The notes beneath the pieces are model-generated. The model saw only the letters and a list, made by a program, of their open reading frames with translations, did not search any database and was not told the DNA's origin. A stretch of DNA of 64,000 nt from Amphiscolops sp. MND2022 (lineage: Eukaryota), in contig OZ076409.1 of NCBI GenBank assembly GCA_964187785.1, positions 90,584,001 to 90,648,000 on the forward strand, given 5' to 3'. Made by a program: the position numbers and the translations under genes. The stretch's first letter is position 1. Each line of letters begins with the position of its first letter. Shown here piece by piece: positions 62,604 to 64,000 of the stretch.

Positions 62604-64000
62604 TTGACAGCCAGCTAATCCTGTGTCGTGTCAGTTAATTTGTCAATAATGATCACAAATTGTTTATATTAGATGCAAAAGTTCGAATTTTTAATGATAA
62701 CTTTCTATTTCTATGTACTGTCAATCATTTGTGATTAGATCCTAACTAGAATGAATCAAGTCATAATAAATTATTTTTTTCTATAATATTTTCTGAATTA
62801 TTAGCAACCGCTTTGGAAAAGTTTAGATACGCATTTTCTGTCATTCAACTATAAATTTATGAAACTTCATTTCTTCTTGGAAAATCATTTTTCTCAAAAT
62901 TAGTTGAATTCTCTCTTTTTTCTACCATGGTTTCACAAATAGCTATACTTAGAATGTTTCAAGCAATGTTGAATTGGTCAAAAGTAGTTTCACAGAATTG
63001 TGATAGATCGAAATTGAAACGTGATGAAAAATAAAACTTGAACTATTTGGGGTAGCCATTGTTGAAGTGTCCTAATATCTGAAGTTTACTTGATGCCTGA
63101 CCAAATTATTCTCAAATTTTAGACGTATATATATTTTCATGTGACCATATCGATGAATTTTCGAATTTCCATGCACAGTCATAGATGCGGACTGGCGTAT
63201 TGGCTGTTAGAACGTTCAGGTTTTCGATCTTATTTTTGAAACAACAGTTGATTCATATTGCAAGTCTGCTATATGGGACAGATCTGATCAACGCAGGATG
63301 CATACCGGACCGAACATTACCCTCAACTATATGCGACGACAGATTTTTTTTCGAATTGAAAAAAGTGTAATGAAAACAAAGTAAAGTTTTATTCTGAAAA
63401 ACGGGGAAAATGCTGGAATTTTTTTTTAAAAGATGAAATTTTGGTCGTTTCAAACAATTTTCATCCGAGATATGCGCTCATTTGTCAAGGTTTTTGTCCG
63501 GCCGGATTAGGTCAAAAGTCAGATCGGACCGGAATTGATGTCCGTTGCACCCCTACTTGATATGAATCCGGCAATGAGAATTGAGAACTTAGCTTGCAAG
63601 ATGACCTTTGCCCATATTTCTGCGTAAGTTGGGATATTAGAAGTTGAAACACTAAAAAAGATCCTTCTCTGAAATGAGATTTTATCCCGGAAGATTTAAA
63701 GTAAAGAATGGCTACACAGTTTAAAATTTTTCTTTTGCAGTAGAACGATTACTGAGTCTCGAAGTGGCCGAATTACTGGGTCTCAGCGAATTAGCGGCCG
63801 CGCACAATTTTTTCCGCAATTCAAATTAACCAACCAATGGATGGTCCAAATTTCCTCTGAAAATATCGGTTGTTCGGAATTATGTTGAAAAACTCAAACA
63901 TGTGAGAAAAATAACCTATTGCCACATTACTTTGTTCTTCGATCTTCGAAGAAATAAAAAGTTTGCTTGCAAGTAGGGGTGCACCGGACATCAAGTCCGG

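Noticed and set aside
63530..64000. Inverted repeat 63530-63559 vs 63971-64000
   Set aside because: Probably the termini of two opposed copies of a TIR element; truncated by the window edge and not resolvable

Overview
AT-rich, repeat-dense animal genomic DNA with GT-AG introns and a 200-nt N gap at 53056-53255. The repeat style reminds me of an acoel such as Symsagittifera, but that is unverified. Two host genes are present: a 3-exon apolipoprotein D-like lipocalin (21847-24766) and a 5-exon VPS26 (57547-62603). Between them lies a field of decayed Gypsy, LINE, RLE-type non-LTR and Penelope fragments, plus nested MITEs with 9-bp TSDs inside a local segmental duplication. The main finding is a 12,994-bp Ty3/Gypsy LTR retrotransposon at 6705-19698, with 1659-bp TG...CA LTRs (~99% identical), a CATGA TSD, a PBS and a PPT. 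Its architecture is unusual in three ways. (i) gag starts inside the LTR and reads through the PBS. (ii) After pol it carries a ~4-kb antisense gene with four GT-AG introns that splices into a ~1,200-aa BED-type zinc-finger protein resembling a catalytically degenerate hAT transposase. (iii) A divergently oriented CxxC accessory ORF reads through the PPT into the 3' LTR. The 3' part of a diverged relative with the same layout occupies 1-4343, so this looks like a family-level design rather than a one-off capture.
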